Origin: Chiloscyllium plagiosum
Lineage: Eukaryota
DNA length: 64,000 nucleotides
Assembly (NCBI RefSeq): GCF_004010195.1
Contig: NC_057719.1
Span: 46,418,137 to 46,482,136, forward strand
Direction of reading: 5' to 3'
Each line of letters opens with the position of its first letter. Position 1 is the first letter of the stretch. Positions 25,540 to 39,239 of the stretch are shown here, piece after piece. The position numbers and the translations under genes are program-made. The notes beneath the pieces are model-generated. The model saw only the letters and a program-made list of their open reading frames with translations. It was not told the DNA's origin and searched no databases.

Positions 25540-27190
25540 AAGGGGTTAATCTTCAAAAATGATCAAAGACAAAGGGAGTGGTAATGCGACAGCTAATGAA
25601 ACAAAAGATGAGTTCCAAGGAGGTGTGATTGGCAGGATAGCAGCAATCCAAGCAGTTAAGACCTTAAGAACCAAAAAAGAAAACATTGCATTGGCAAAAA
25701 AAACACAAAACAAAATGTGGACAGATGCTAGCATTGTGCTGGGGGTGCAGGAACTAGTCAGGGATGCTCCATTAACTGATGGGGCTGCCGGGGTTGAAGG
25801 TGAGGTCAGAGAGAACCTTATGCCTATCTGGAAAGGAGATGAGGGGTGAAAGCAGTGGTGCATGAAATAAGACAGATATAGTTGAGGATGTTATCTACCA
25901 TAGTCGGTGAGTTCTGATGAAGGGTCACCGGACTTGAAACATTAACTCTGGTTCCTTTCTCTCCACAGATGCTGCTACATCATCTGAATTCCTTCAACAA
26001 TTTCTGTTCTTGTTTCAGATCTCTAGCATCTGCTTTCTTTGTTTTCTTATAGTAGGAGACTCCTCAGGTGAGGAGAAAAGACATATCAGAAGTGCTAGCA
26101 TAGAATGTTGACCAAATGAACAGATGTAATGAAGCCGGGCAAACTGGGACAAAGGAATGAAGTGGACTGCGAGCAAGTGTTGTCAAGGTAATTGTGGCCT
26201 TATAATGATATTGGCTGATAACATCTCTCCATAAATGGAGCCAGAGAAAGTCATGGAAAGGAAGGGAAGGGTTGGAAATGGATCAAGTGAAGGAGTGGAA
26301 ACTGGAAGCAAGGTCAATGAATTTTCCAGTTTCGGCAATGTATGGCACTGATAAATATATGGTTCATCAACATAATGAAAAAGAGTGGTGAGAGAGCTGG
26401 GCCTCAGTAGGACTGGAAGAAGGACTGTTCCTGAGAATAAGGGAAATATCCCACAAAAAAACGCAGCATAGCTGGGAGCCTGCAGATACTCAGAGCATCA
26501 ACCCATAACAGAAAGAAGTGACTGGAGTTGAAAGAGAAGTTGTTCACTGTGAGAAGTTGTTCAGCGAGGAAAGCACTGATGGATGGAAAATTGTAGTCTG
26601 TCTGTACAAAGAAAAATAGAGACCTCTCAAACTCTCTTGGCAGGGGAAAGAAATGCAGAGGGATTGGACATCGATTGTGACGGAGGGAGAGAAATGGCCA
26701 GGAAACTGGAAAGCAATGAAATGATGCAGGACATCACTTGAGTCACAGATGTTGCTCAGATGAGAATGGAAAAGTAGATTTGAAATTGGAAGAAATCAGT
26801 TCAGTGGTTAGGAACTAGCTGAGAAAATGGTTTATTTAGGGCAGTCCTGTTTAAGCACTTTGGTAAGGATGCAGAAGTGAACTGTTTAGAGTTGGGGGAC
26901 TATTAAATTTGTTGGTCATAGAGGGAAGATCTCTAGAGGTGAAAGGGTCAGTAGCAGTCCTGGAATTGAGGGCTTTCACTTTGATGATTGAGTCATGGAT
27001 AAAGGGAGGAAGGAGGACATTCACAGAGAGTTGCTTTTTGTCCTCTGTCTGATAGAAGTTAGTACAAATCTCTTGTCAGCAGGTTTAAACATAATGTTGT
27101 GGCTAAAACTGAGATATTAGAATGGGGAGAATAAAGCAGAAAGTGACGTGCCATGTACAGACCTCTCAGATTGGAAGAGTGTGTAGTTTA
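25540..27190 (-). mobile_element. Old long Penelope-like retroelement (RT pseudogene)
   Basis: Manual minus-strand translation gives ILTKVLKQDCP (cf. LPKIHKPDCPGRP), TIDVQSLCISFP (cf. MDVQSLYTSIP) and LTVNNFSFNSSHF. Confidence 0.7.
25909..26045 (+). mobile_element. PLE pseudo-LTR fragment (family D) with a hammerhead motif, nested in the older PLE
   Basis: GAGUU-CUGAUGA-A-GGGUC(ACCG)GACUU-GAAA-CA-UU^AACUC at 25909-25948. The deviations are CpG-type. Confidence 0.7.
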
Positions 27191-29531
27191 GAGGGTACCA
27201 TCAATCCATGGCAAGAGTTGAGGTACAAAGCCAAGAGTGGGTCAGAGGGAAGAGAAGGTGGAGAATATTTCAGTGGGATGCTTACCTCCATGAATTGTTG
27301 AAGCTTGTGATCCTTCACATCTGAAAGGAGGATAAAAATGTTTTTGGTGAATTGCTGGATAAAGCACTTTTTGTTTTTCTTTCCCTCCACCCCTTTTCAC
27401 TTGTTCAAAACATGTTACATTTGTAATTTTCTCAATTCTCGTGAAAGGTCCTGAAACAATGGGTTGGACTTTTACCAAGTCAGGTTGGTAGCCCATTAAG
27501 AATAGTAGTGGAGACACTATTCAGGGATTCCTGACCCTATTCCCAGATATCCAATTTTTAGGAATGCTTTTTAAGAGTTTGTGCTTGTTTGGGCTATAGC
27601 CCATGCTCAGCATTCCTGGCCTGGCCAGCTCGATTGCAGAGATAGGCATAGCTTACTGTAGGCAATGGCTCAGGATACATAAAGAGGCATGGGCTGAGAA
27701 CCCAGAGAATCATTAGATTGTTGCAACACCCATGCTTAGTTGACAGCTTTGATCCCTTTCAATTTTCAGATGTATTTGATTACACAAGGTGAAGTGATAC
27801 AGCATCTCTTTTTATTGGGACCTTGTTAGCTTGCTCATAAAGGATTTCTTTCCGCAGGACCAGAAGAGGATGCCATGAAACCAGACGGAATCGAAAAGGA
27901 AGGCTTGTATTTATGTAGCCCTATTCATGATCTCAAAATCCCAAAAGTGCTTTAGAGACAGTGATGCATTTAAATGCAGCCACTGTTGTAATCTTAGAAA
28001 CATAGCAGCCAATGTATGTATAGTAAGGTCCCATTCAGCACAAATGCTGGTTCAGGGTTTCCAACTGGATCAGTGCAGTCTCAGCAATGTCAATGCCCTT
28101 CCCCACTCCACCAGCATAAGTGCCATAATCTTCTTTTCGATGTTGCATGCTCTCTGTCAGCTACTGCACCCACCTCCCAACAAGGCCTATGTTCTAATAC
28201 TCTCACTATTATTTGCAATATCTTTCCTCGCTCACTGTCGCATTCCCAACCCTCAATAGCACTAACCCAACACGACCTCTGAGCTGCCTACTCTCTCACT
28301 GAGAAGTTATCAAAAGTAATGCTGTGTCACCCACTTTCATTTTCTGTAATACTCGCCTTTCATTTATTCCATGAGGAAAGCAGCCCACAACAGGGCAGAA
28401 AGAGTCATGATGGCTGGTCAGCAGCCGAGATTCAGCTCCTCAGCCTTTATATGGAGAGCATCCTGACTCTGACCACCTCGAGTGGCTGGCTGACCGTGTC
28501 CAATCCTCCAGACTAGTATCAGAGACTGTCCCTTATTGCCTGTGCCAAACCCTCCTGATTGAAGGCTATCTCCCTTGACTTGACTGCAGCCTGCTGACAA
28601 CCAGGACCAGCTCCCTGACTTTGTGTTTGTGCTAGACAGCAAGGCAAGATGGCAGTACTGTGAGCCAAGTACCTATGCTGAGGGAGTGGCAAGGCAATGC
28701 AAGTCAGGGATGCTGTGAGAGACAGTGAGTGCTGTGACAGCAACTGAATATCCTGGAGATGCAGCCCGCTGCAGTCAATGAGCAGAGTGCACATCCTTAA
28801 CATGTTGTGTCGGTATCCAACAGAGAGTTCCTTTGCTGTATACAGCGAGCTGAAGTTACCAGGTATTCGCTTGGATTTCGAGCTTTGCCACAAATTCTCT
28901 ATGTTTTGCTTGTTTAGCCCATTTGGTAAGTAAATGAGGTGAGTTGTGTCATTAATAAACTGTTTAACTAGTTGTAGTTCCCCTTAATTGGTAGCTTGCT
29001 GCTGTCAAGTGAGAAATTCACCTCGCCACTTGGAAAAAGCAGAAAAGATCCAGTAAGTTGTTGAGCTAAGCCTTGCTGGGCTTCTCATCTGATTCTGACT
29101 CAAACCTCATCATAGCCCCTGTTACTCAGGTTCCTGTGAGATTCTACCCATAGTGTCTGCGGTGGCTCAAGAGACCATAAATGACAAAATAAAAACTATT
29201 GCTACAATCTCTGTACATGTTGATATAATTTTTTTTAACTGAAATATAAACAATTCCTTAGATTACACCAAGGCCAATCTAATTACATTGGCACAAAATA
29301 AATTAATTCCATTTTAAAGCAAGTCTTATGTTCTCTAAGTAACAGAAAAAGCTCCACTGAGTGTAACGTGGATATTGGGCATCTAGGGATATTGTAGTGG
29401 GATTGTGGGAGCCCATGAGGTGGTCACAGGATTCCATGAATTTAGCTAGAATTTGGATGTTCTCCACCAGGTAAATTTGTTAAAATTATAACATTGTAGA
29501 GCTGATAAAAAGATCAATCATTTGTACCAAG

Positions 29532-29726
29532 GCGAAAGTGAGGACTGCAGATGCTGGAGATCAGAGTCAAGATTAGAGTGGTGCTGGAAAAGCACAGCAG
29601 GTCAGGCAATATCCGAAGAGCAGGAAAATTGACGTTTCGGGCAAAAGTCCTTCATCAGGGCTTTTCCTGCTCCTCGGATGCTGCCAGACCTGCTGTGCTT
29701 TCCAGCACTACTCTAATCCTGATTCA
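29532..29726. mobile_element. PLE fold-back insertion (family A) with a hammerhead core in the loop
   Basis: Arms gattagagtggtgctggaaaagcacagcaggtc.. / ..gacctgctgtgcttttccagcactactctaatc. Minus-strand ctgatgaaggacttttgcccgaaacgtc at 29631-29658. TSD ttgtaccaag at 29522-29531 and 29727-29736. Confidence 0.8.
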
Positions 29727-31909
29727 TTGTACCAAGCTTATTGTATCCCCAGCTGTGGAACAATCTGCTCTATTCTCATCTTCAGTCAGTCTATTTTAAC
29801 ATCCTGAGCAAGCATTCTTGAATCATTTCCTGTTTGCAAAGATAACTCAGCAAAATTCCAAAATACCTCTCTTTTCCTATCCAACGCTGTAGGCTTGTTA
29901 TCTTCCTGGAACTTGACACTTACTTGGTGCCAGCAGCTCAGGAACCATCATATTCTACACAGCATTTAATTAGCTCCATTTGTACTTAGCATGGTCTAAC
30001 TGCAGTTTGTTCCTAACTCTATATTCTCAAGTTCCTCTTTTAAAGGAGTTAATCAACAGCAGTAGCTTATTTTATTTGGAGTTTGACTCTTTTTGTTTTA
30101 ACTCCATGGGAAAAAAACAATTTCTTTTAATCACAAGTCTTGTTTGAGGTTTGTTAATTTTATGCTTATGTCCTGTAGTTCTGTGCTCACAGTCCAAGTA
30201 AAATAACCTGCTCACATCAACATTACCCATTCCTCTTAGCCCTGAATTATGTTTCCTGTCAACGTTATTCTAGTAAAAACAAACTCAATATTATGAATAT
30301 GACTTGGATCCCCATGTCCCAGAAATGTCCATGTTGCTTTTCTCTGAAGTCTCCAATGGATCAATTCCTGTTAGAAGGTGGGGTGCCCAAAATGAATACA
30401 TATTACAAATTCCAAAAATGATAAATGTAAATATAATTTATTTTCATTTAAGACGTATGAGTTCAGCTTAAAGTCAGTTTTAATTGAAATACTTCATATA
30501 ACAGAACTATATACAGTATACTCTATTGGTTGGAGATTATTACTAATAGTCCTGGTTAATCAATTACATGGTGTAATTAGGAGACAATGTTACTGGTTAG
30601 AATAACCAGATTGAAATCTGGCCAGCGACCATTGTGAATATAGCCACTTTGAGTTCAAAACTATGTTTGGATGGAAATGAATGTGCTACTCTGGTGAGAT
30701 GTGTTGGAGGTTCTAGTATTGATGCCTCAAATTTTGGCCTCCATTTACATTGATCACAGGTCAAGTTTCTCAAGCTCATGAAACTCAGCAGCTAAAAGGA
30801 GTTGGGAGCAGTTGGATCCCACCTGTATGCTCTTTTCCAGCACCTGTTGTGGGCCGAGAAGCAGGAGTGCTCCTCGATGCCCCATGATCAGCAAACCTCA
30901 AGTCTTGACCCTCAGGTGGTCCCCATTCACTCCCTCACTCTGGCTATGGTCTCTACTTCACTGTGATCTTTTCCTTACCTTGATGTCTCTCCTGGTGGTT
31001 GTTTTGAGAGCTTGTTTTCCTGACCTGAAGTTTGATGTCTTCTCCAATGGTTACAGTTTAGGAGTTAGAAGGTTACTGAGCCTCCACAATCAATACATCA
31101 GCTGACATGGGAAGAAGATTGAGGGAACCTGACTGTGGATTGCAGTCTCTCAACATGGACCCAACAGTCTAAAATGGCTGACTTGAGTGGCATCAGCAGT
31201 ATCACTGGTTAAGAAACTGCTGAAGGGAGCAGTTTACTCTCGTGCTGAGAAGTGGCCTCTCTTATGGAGTCATGACATACAATCTCCTGACTAAATACCT
31301 TAACACACTTTGGACTCTGTTAAAGAACAGGAACAGGTGATATCCTGAAAGATCTGTTTTAGGCATGGCCCCAAAAGCCAAGATGCCTGCAGTCTGAGCT
31401 TTGATGCACCAGTTTGTGAAATCACTCTTTTCAATTGCAGCCAAGTTCCTGGTGCAATACTCCAGCAGAAACAAACTCAGCAATTCTTTCCCACTGTCTC
31501 TTCTGTAGATGTCCCAAGGGCTTCATGGGTGAGGGAGATATCTCTCCACCACTCCATTGTCTGGACAGAATTTTCCAGTACAGGACAAGAGAACATTGAT
31601 GCCTGCTTGATCCCTACTTCAGTCATTTGTTCCTCAGTTTGTCCCACTGTCTTTACAGCCAGAATGTGCAGGCCCTTTTATCTAGCTGCCTTTAAGTAGA
31701 CTCAATATCATTCCTCCAGGTAAGTGTGCAACCAATGGATTTTGCTGCTAATTTGCTGTAAGTAGCAGACAGCATGGGTAATGTGTGCAATCTGCATTGA
31801 TAGATGTGGGTAGATAATGCCCTCCCTTGCCCCACCTTTGTCAAATCATCCCCATTTTGGATGTGATCCACTTTTGAGGCAATTACCTCACTGATGGGAG
31901 CATAAGACG

Positions 31910-32846
31910 TAAAGTTAGTAAGTTTGTTGATGACATGAAAATTTGAAATGTAGTGGACAGCAAAGAAGGTTATCTCAGATTACAACAGGATCTTGATCAG
32001 ATGGGTCAATGGGCTGAGAAGTAGCAGATGGAATTTAATTTAGATAAATGTGAGATGCTGCATTTTGGGAAAGCAAATCTTAACAGATCTTATACACTTA
32101 ATGGTCAGGTCTCAGGGAGTGTTGCTGAACAAAGAGACTTGGAATGCAGGTTCATAGCTCCTTGAAAGTGGAGTCGCAGGTAGATAGGATAGTGAAGAAG
32201 GCATTTGGTATGCTTTCCTTCATTGGTCAGTGTATTGGGTACAGGAGTTGGGAGGTCATGTTGCGGCTGTATGGGCATTAGTTAGGCCACTGTTGGAATA
32301 TTGTGTGCATTTCTGGTCTCCTACCTGTCGGAAGAATGTTGTGAAACGTGAAAGGGTTCAGAAAAGATTTACAAGAATGTTGCCAGGGTTGGAGGATTTG
32401 AGCTACAGGGAGAAGTTGAATAGGCTAGGGCTGTTTTCCCTGGAGCATCGGAGGCTGAGGGGTGACCTTATAAAGGTTTATAAAATCATGAGGGGCATGG
32501 AAATGATAAATAGACAAAGTCATTTCCCTGGGGTAGAGGAGTCCAGAACTAGAGGGCAAAGGTTTAGGGTGAGAGGGGAAAGATATAAAAGAGACCTAAG
32601 AGACAAGTTTTTCACTCAGAGGGTGGTGCGTGTATGGAATGAGCTGCCAGAGGATGTGGTGGAGGCTGGTACAATTGCAACATGTAAAAGGTATCTGGAT
32701 AGGTATATGATAGGAAGGGTTTGGAGGGATATGGGCCGGGTGCTGGCAGGTGGGACTAGATTGAGTTGGGATATCTGGTCAGCATGGATGAGTTGGACCG
32801 AAGGGTCTGTTTCCATGCTGTACATCTCTATGACTCTATGAATCTA
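31910..32846 (+). mobile_element. CR1 LINE 3' portion
   Basis: ORF 32230..32841 contains LVRPLLEYCVHFWSP...RRLRGDLIKVYKIMRG...RVVRVWNELP; ctctatgactctatga tail. Confidence 0.95.
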
Positions 32847-34677
32847 TGCTGAAATGGTTCTAGATGCTATTGCAGTATGCACACATATTCATTTGCAGAA
32901 AGATCAATTCTGCTCCAATGCATTTTGCTAACATTTTCTCTCAACAGCTAACAGAAGGATCTATAGATACATTCCAGTTGTGAAAAAGCTACCCCGTTGT
33001 GCTTTGCAGCTCCCTTTACATTTTTCACAATTGTTCAGGAATGCTTAAAGTAGCTGAAACACTGGTTTCATGTTTCCATGTTGGAACTCAGACAGGGTCA
33101 TTTTATCTGAATCAAGCACACCGGATGAACTAATGTTTGGATGTAAATCAGACCAATGTACACACTAAACTCACAAATTAAGATGCATTTAGCATATGTA
33201 CTTTGAGCAATTTCATTAAATTTAAGCAAGTATTAGGAAAGACAGAAGCTCACACTTTACCCACTGTGGTAGAATTGCTTATTTTATATTGACTTGGTTG
33301 AAGATTTCAACAATACTCTCTCATCATGGAAAGTTTATCATAGGAATTATGATACAAACTGCAAGTCCGATAAAGATTTAACTGTCAGTCAGGGGGTGTC
33401 ACTCAATAACCCATGTGCTTTTTTCTCTTCAGTTTCTTGCGCCATCAAGTCTACATCATTGAACAGCTTTGCAACTGTTTACATTACAGCTAAATAACAG
33501 TTATTATTTATGGAATAAAATGTCAAATATTTGTATTTGTTTCCATGGAAATGTTGCAATACTTGGACACTGTGCCCACAGAATCAACAAATTACTGTCA
33601 GGAACTTTGCAGTTTTGTTCCTTTGGAGCTTCAGGAGTGTTTTATGAAATAGGAACGTAATGGTTTCAGGCTATCGTGCGAACTTGATTCCCTGTTAGGC
33701 CATGCATTCAGATACATGTGCAGAGTGGCAGCGTGACAGGCTTTCTTTTTTGTTTCTTTATTTCTTTTTTATAGCTGGAAGACCCGACTGTTGAATGGGC
33801 ACAGAGTGCCTGAGTTTTAGAAACGTGTGAAATGCTGACCATGGTACTGTGGCAAGTACGAAAGTGCAGACCATAGGACCAAGTCAGTTGGTTGGAGATG
33901 TTTGATGCAGAAGATTTGGGCTTTGATCTGCTGGTTAGTAAGGTGCTTAGAAGCAGAGGAATGAGCATCTGGGCAGTAGCAATGCTGTTGTTAGCTGTCT
34001 CAAGCAGCCAGGACATCGTCCTGAGGAAGAGGGATATTAGCAGAAGATCACTGTTTCTCTGTTGGAGAAAAAAAAAGAAGCCAATGAAAGTGTCTGTATA
34101 ACAGCTGCTTGAGGAGCTAGTGGTTCATTGAAATCCTAGGTGTCAATGATAGCATAGAGCTGGGGCTCAAAGAAGCCCACATGTTGTACTTGCTTGGTGC
34201 AGTTTGGGAACCTGGTGTTCAGAGAAGCCCAGTGGTAATGTCAGCTTCATGAAACTGGTTAGCTATGAAACTGTGAAATTTTGCTCATATGTACTAGAGT
34301 GCTGCCTCGGGGATTTTGGGAAATGTAGTCTCAGTGGAAGGGATTGAACTACCAAGACAAAAGCAGTGTTTGAGGTAGGTCACGCTGAAACAGCAATTAA
34401 GGAAATTCAGATGGTAGGTCTTTGAAAGCAAAGGTTTGAAAACTCTTGTGAAGGAGACAAAGTTTTAATGATATTTGGTGACCCATAATGTCACTAACAT
34501 TGGGTGGTTCACTGAAAAATCTGTAGGATCTGCCTTGACTACATTTATAAATTAATGTACACTGTGTGTATTCAACTACTGTTTTAAGTTAACCCCATAG
34601 TTATCTCATATTAGTTCTGGATGTTAGAGTATATTTATATAAATTGTATAATATATATATTATTTATTTACATATTA

Positions 34678-35192
34678 TATAGTCATACAGCACAGAAACA
34701 GACCCTTCGGTCCAACTAGTCCATACCAACTGTGTTCCCAAACTAAACTAGTCCCACTTGCCTGCATTTGGCCCAAATCCCTCCAAGCATGTCCTATTCA
34801 TGTACTTATCTAAATGTCTTTTAAATGTTATAACTGTACCTGCATTCAGCACTTCCTCTGGCAGTTCATTTCATACATGAACCACTGTTAGTGTAAAAAA
34901 AATTGTCCCTCATGTCCTTCCTCCTCTCACCTTAAAAATATGCCCCCTAATTTTGAACTTCCCCATATTAAGGAAAAGATCCTTGCTATTCAGTATATCT
35001 ATGCTCTTCATGATTTTATAAATCTCTATTGAGACATCTCTCGACCTCCTACACTCTAGTGAAAAATGTCTCTGCCTATCCAGCTTATTTTTATAACTCA
35101 AACCTCCTTTCCTGGCAATATTCTGGTAATTGTTTTCTGAACCCTCTGCAATTGAAAACTTTCCTTGCTATAGCAGGTTGATCAGAGTCGCA
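34678..35192 (-). mobile_element. CR1 LINE 3' fragment
   Basis: FSLECRRSRDVSIEIYKIMK; 3' UTR ccgaagggtctgtttctgtgctgtatgactat. Confidence 0.9.
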
Positions 35193-35539
35193 CAGTGTTT
35201 TACTTGTCTAACTTTGGAGAGTAAACTTTGTTTGTTTATATTTTATGGAATCTCATGGCTTTATTCTCTTGCACATTCCTGAGATTTCAACCTTTGTCTT
35301 CTTTAAACATAAAAAAAGTTGCTAGTCCTTAACTAGATTATAGTTGCTAGTCCTTAACAAGAGCCACTTGTAGGACGAGAGTGTTGGGACTTGCTGAGAT
35401 TAAGGCTGACAAGATTCTGAACAAGTCAATTTTATACTTACTGTAAAGCACAATATTTTTGAGTTCCGGCAATATTTCTGGAAAGGGAAGATTAAACCCC
35501 GATTGATTTTCAAAAGTTAGTAGTATTAGCATTAGTTTT

Positions 35540-36520
35540 TGTTAAAATTAGGGGCTAAGAGAGCTGACGAATTGAAGTGATAGCAGAGCATTTAGAAGTG
35601 GATGGAGGAAAAGTTAATCTATATAGGAATTCATTTGATTTGGCTAGAATTCAGTTCTAAATGAAACAGCTTGAAATGAAAAAACAAATTAAGCTACACA
35701 AACTAGAAAAAGAACAATGAAATGTAAAAGTGTGAACATGAAAGAGGAAAGTTTGAACATGATCTCCAGACGAAGAGGAAAAGACAGAACTTCAAATAGA
35801 GAAAACGGCCAGACAGCATGAACTTAGTCAAAAACACTTCAGATTAGAGGGCAAATTAAAGGGAAATAGTTGGGATTATGAGTTGCATCCCATTCTAAAC
35901 TTTACTGTAATGACAAACCTGTCTCTATTGTCTAAATTAATTGAGGACATTGTTGAGATATTTTATCTCACTCCAAAAGGTGGCTATAATGTTAACGTGG
36001 CCAAATGACACATACAGCCTCTCATTTTACAGACTATTTTTGTCAGGACATCTATTGGCACTTATTTTGACAGAACAGCCCTCAGATTATGAAATTGCTA
36101 AAACTGCGATGTATGACCTAATATTTATAATCATATTCCTGACGCATATCAGTTAAGAATTGAGACATTAAGAAAATACCAAACGAAACATTGATAGAAT
36201 TTGCTTGGAGAAAGAAATGTTGTGGGATCAGTAGTTTCGGGCTATGAAACTTGAACAGATCTTTGAGAATCTGAGAAAGCTAATAACAATGGAAATGTCA
36301 CGACAATGATCCTAACCGTGAATTGTTTTTTTTTTAAAAAAGTCAAAGATGGTTCAGAATGCAAATTCTGAGAGTACAATTTAGTGACTGAAAAATTCCT
36401 ACATGGATTATATTCAGTCCCAAAAGGAACATGGAATTTCACACCTGGAGGGTATCAAGGAACTTCAGACAGAGACACTACAAAGAAAGAGATGCAATGT
36501 AAAACCTGAACTGTAGATTC
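35540..36520 (+). mobile_element. Gypsy-type gag remnant with LTR-like flanks (about 35195-35360 and 37090-37270)
   Basis: Coiled-coil-like E/K/R-rich stretch, then YFISLQKVAIMLTWP..SDYEIAKTA and IPDAYQLR. The two flanks share tttgtttgttt...gatttcaa.ctttgtct.ctttaaa...aagtt.cta.tcc. Confidence 0.5.
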
Positions 36521-36758
36521 CTGTTACTGCAAAGATACTGGAGACTCATTGTGAGATTGCTTGAAACTATCTCCTGTGTGTTATATCCTAGGTCATTGAC
36601 ATAAATGTGAGGTAAAAGAAAACAGTTCTAGGTGAAAGGCACATTTGAATTTCTCCTTCCTGGAGTGCACAAAAAAGGGAAACATCTGCAACCTGCGATT
36701 TAGTTTACTAGTCTTTATCTTGTTCTATAGGATCAGTTTGCACTGCAAAAGTTGAAGA

Positions 36759-36817
36759 TTAGAGTGGTGCTGGAAAAGCATAGCAGGCCAGGCAGCATCC
36801 GAGGAGCAGGAAAATCT
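36759..36817 (-). mobile_element. Very short PLE family A fragment
   Basis: TSD tgcaa(a/c)agttgaaga at 36744-36758 and 36818-36832. Confidence 0.7.
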
Positions 36818-37699
36818 TGCAACAGTTGAAGAATACCCTGTCAATACGTTTGCAGGTAAGAAAAAACTGCCTCTCCATCACTGGTTATCAGAAGCAAGAA
36901 TTGTCATTTTTTTTCAATGGAAAGGATGAAGACTACAGCATGACATTGAAGGGTCAATGACACCTGGCACCAAACCAGGGGTGATTGCAAGTGTGGAAAC
37001 ATAGGATACAACAATAATTTGGTCTGTTAACACATACTTACTTCATGTTAATTTTAGATATTAGAGTTTAGCTTCAATATCATGTTGCTTGTTTAATGCT
37101 TTTCTCACTTTATGTAAAGATTTTTTTGTTTGTTTGATACTGTGGTATGCTGTGGCTTTGTTCTTTTAGTGAGTACTTGGGATTTCAAACTTTGTCTACT
37201 TTAAAAAAAGAAGTTACTAATCCCTAGCCAAACAGTAACATAAATTTGTAGTCTCATCTAGGAATTTAACAAGTGTGAGAGAACATATTCATTCTTCTTT
37301 ATCACAGGGTAAATGTCCTCAGTTTCCATTCTTGTTTTAATATGAGCAATGTTTTATTATAAGAAAATCATAAAAGAAAATTGTTAACTTTCTTGGTCCT
37401 CTCTTAATAGTATATGACCATTTTATGCAGAATCAGATAATTCTGAATTATGATTTTTACAGGACCATGACAATTCTGTTTTTACTTATTCCTCTCTCCT
37501 GTTGCCCCAATGTTAAAAAAAAATTCTATGTATTTCATTCTATGATAATTTAATGGTGTCCTCCATAAAAACACACTTGATCTAAAGCTTTATAATCAGG
37601 GTTAGAACTATAGAAGCCACTATAGAAGGTTGAGCTTGAATGATGGATGCAGATCTTGACTCTCTAGTTTAGGAAATTTGCAAAGGTCATTTGCTGAAT

Positions 37700-37903
37700 G
37701 TTGTGGTTCTGTTCGCCGAGCTGGGAATTTGTGTTGCAGACGTTTCGTCCCCTGTCTGGGTGACATCCTCAGTGCTTGGGAGCCTCCTGTGAAGCGCTTC
37801 TGTGATGTTTCCTCCGGCATTTATAGTGATTTGTATCTGCCGCTTCCGGTTGTCAGTTCCAGCTGTCCGCTGCAGTGGCCGGTATATTGGGTCCAGGTCG
37901 ATG
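37700..37903 (-). mobile_element. Young Penelope/Poseidon-like 3' end (family C)
   Basis: Minus strand encodes HIDLDPIYRPL, resembling the C-terminus after the PLE GIY-YIG domain, followed by a hammerhead. CpG-rich. TSD tgctgaat at 37692-37699 and 37904-37911. Confidence 0.8.
37736..37775 (-). ncRNA. Minimal type I hammerhead ribozyme motif with an intact core
   Basis: GCA-CUGAGGA-U-GUCACC(CAGACA)GGGGAC-GAAA-CG-UC^UGC. Confidence 0.75.
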
Positions 37904-39239
37904 TGCTGAATAGATACACTAAGACACTAAGAATATTCCAGAGATGAAAGGCTTTAATTGTGAGGAAAGAATACGGAAGCTGGGTCTCTTTTCAGTAGAA
38001 TAAGTGAGATTATGAAATTGAATAGATGTGTTCAAATTGAATGGTTTACATAAGATGGACAACAAGAAACCTTTCCCATTGGTTAATGGGTTGGTAAGTA
38101 GACAAACAATCATTGGGAATTTCCTTGGGAATTCCACTGATTGACCATTGTAATTTTGTGTAAAACACCAGATTGAAGAAGGGGCTTCCACCAACCTTCT
38201 GATGAAGTTATAGTGGTTATTTGGGACTTGACCCATGGCGTGATTGGTTGAATATCATCACCAAAAGACTAGCATAATAATTTTTTCTGGAGAATATTGT
38301 TGACACATGCAGTACCCAGTCAGTGAAAGAGTTGGAAGCAGAACCTAGAAAAGCTATTAAAAGGGAAGTGGGTAAAAATCTGGGCAAAAGATCACGAAGA
38401 TATTGCAAGGAAAAGTGGATACATCAATGCAGATATGTCTCATTTGATGTTTGCTGTATATAAATGAATCTGCAATAATAACACACAAGGTATCTGAAGA
38501 TGTTTTAAAAGTTTGATTTTACACAACAAAAGCAGCGTTCATTATCTAAGCAGAGCCATGTAAGAAGGAGTAAATTTCAGAATTGCAATATTCTAGCGGC
38601 GAAAAATGACTTTTTGAGGTTGAATTATCAGGGGGCTTATCAAAAATATTCAGGAGCTACATTCCTGAATGCCAACATATGAATTAAAGTGAAGAAAATG
38701 TGGGCTGCGATCCCTGAAAGATTAAAATGATTAAAAAATTTAATCCTAAAACATGAATATCAGGACCATAAGCTTCAAATTAGCAGTGGCATATTAATGT
38801 AGTTTGCATGGGTCTTTGACTTATGGCCTGTTTATACTGGACGTGGAAGAGGAAATCAGAGATGGCAACCAACCTACATGATTGTAATATTTAGCAGTGA
38901 CTGAATCCAGAACAGCATTAAGAGAGTCCCTTCAGTAAAGCAGGATATCCTGGATGTGGGCATAGCTGTGGTGAAGAGAGAGACATTAAAAAATGAAACA
39001 TTTAATTAATAAGGTAATTTACTTTCACTGTTATGCAATGTTTTGAGAAATATATAATTGCTTTAGTTTGGAACATCGTATGTAAGTTTCTGACCTTAGC
39101 AGAATGATCACATAATTGTGAACACATTAAGCAAATCATCGTTGCCAAAACAAAAATCCTTTGTATTCAAATCTATCATTTTAGTTCAGTAGTTTATGCA
39201 ACCAGCATTTCTGTAAAAGCATATACAAAGGGAAGGAAA

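Noticed and set aside
27845..27930. Strong splice acceptor (ttctttccgcag) suggesting a coding exon; similar at 59635
   Set aside because: No matching donor or recognisable peptide, and the first runs into a SINE tail.
32230..32841. 203-aa ORF as a host gene
   Set aside because: It is the CR1 ORF2 C-terminus from a truncated LINE copy.
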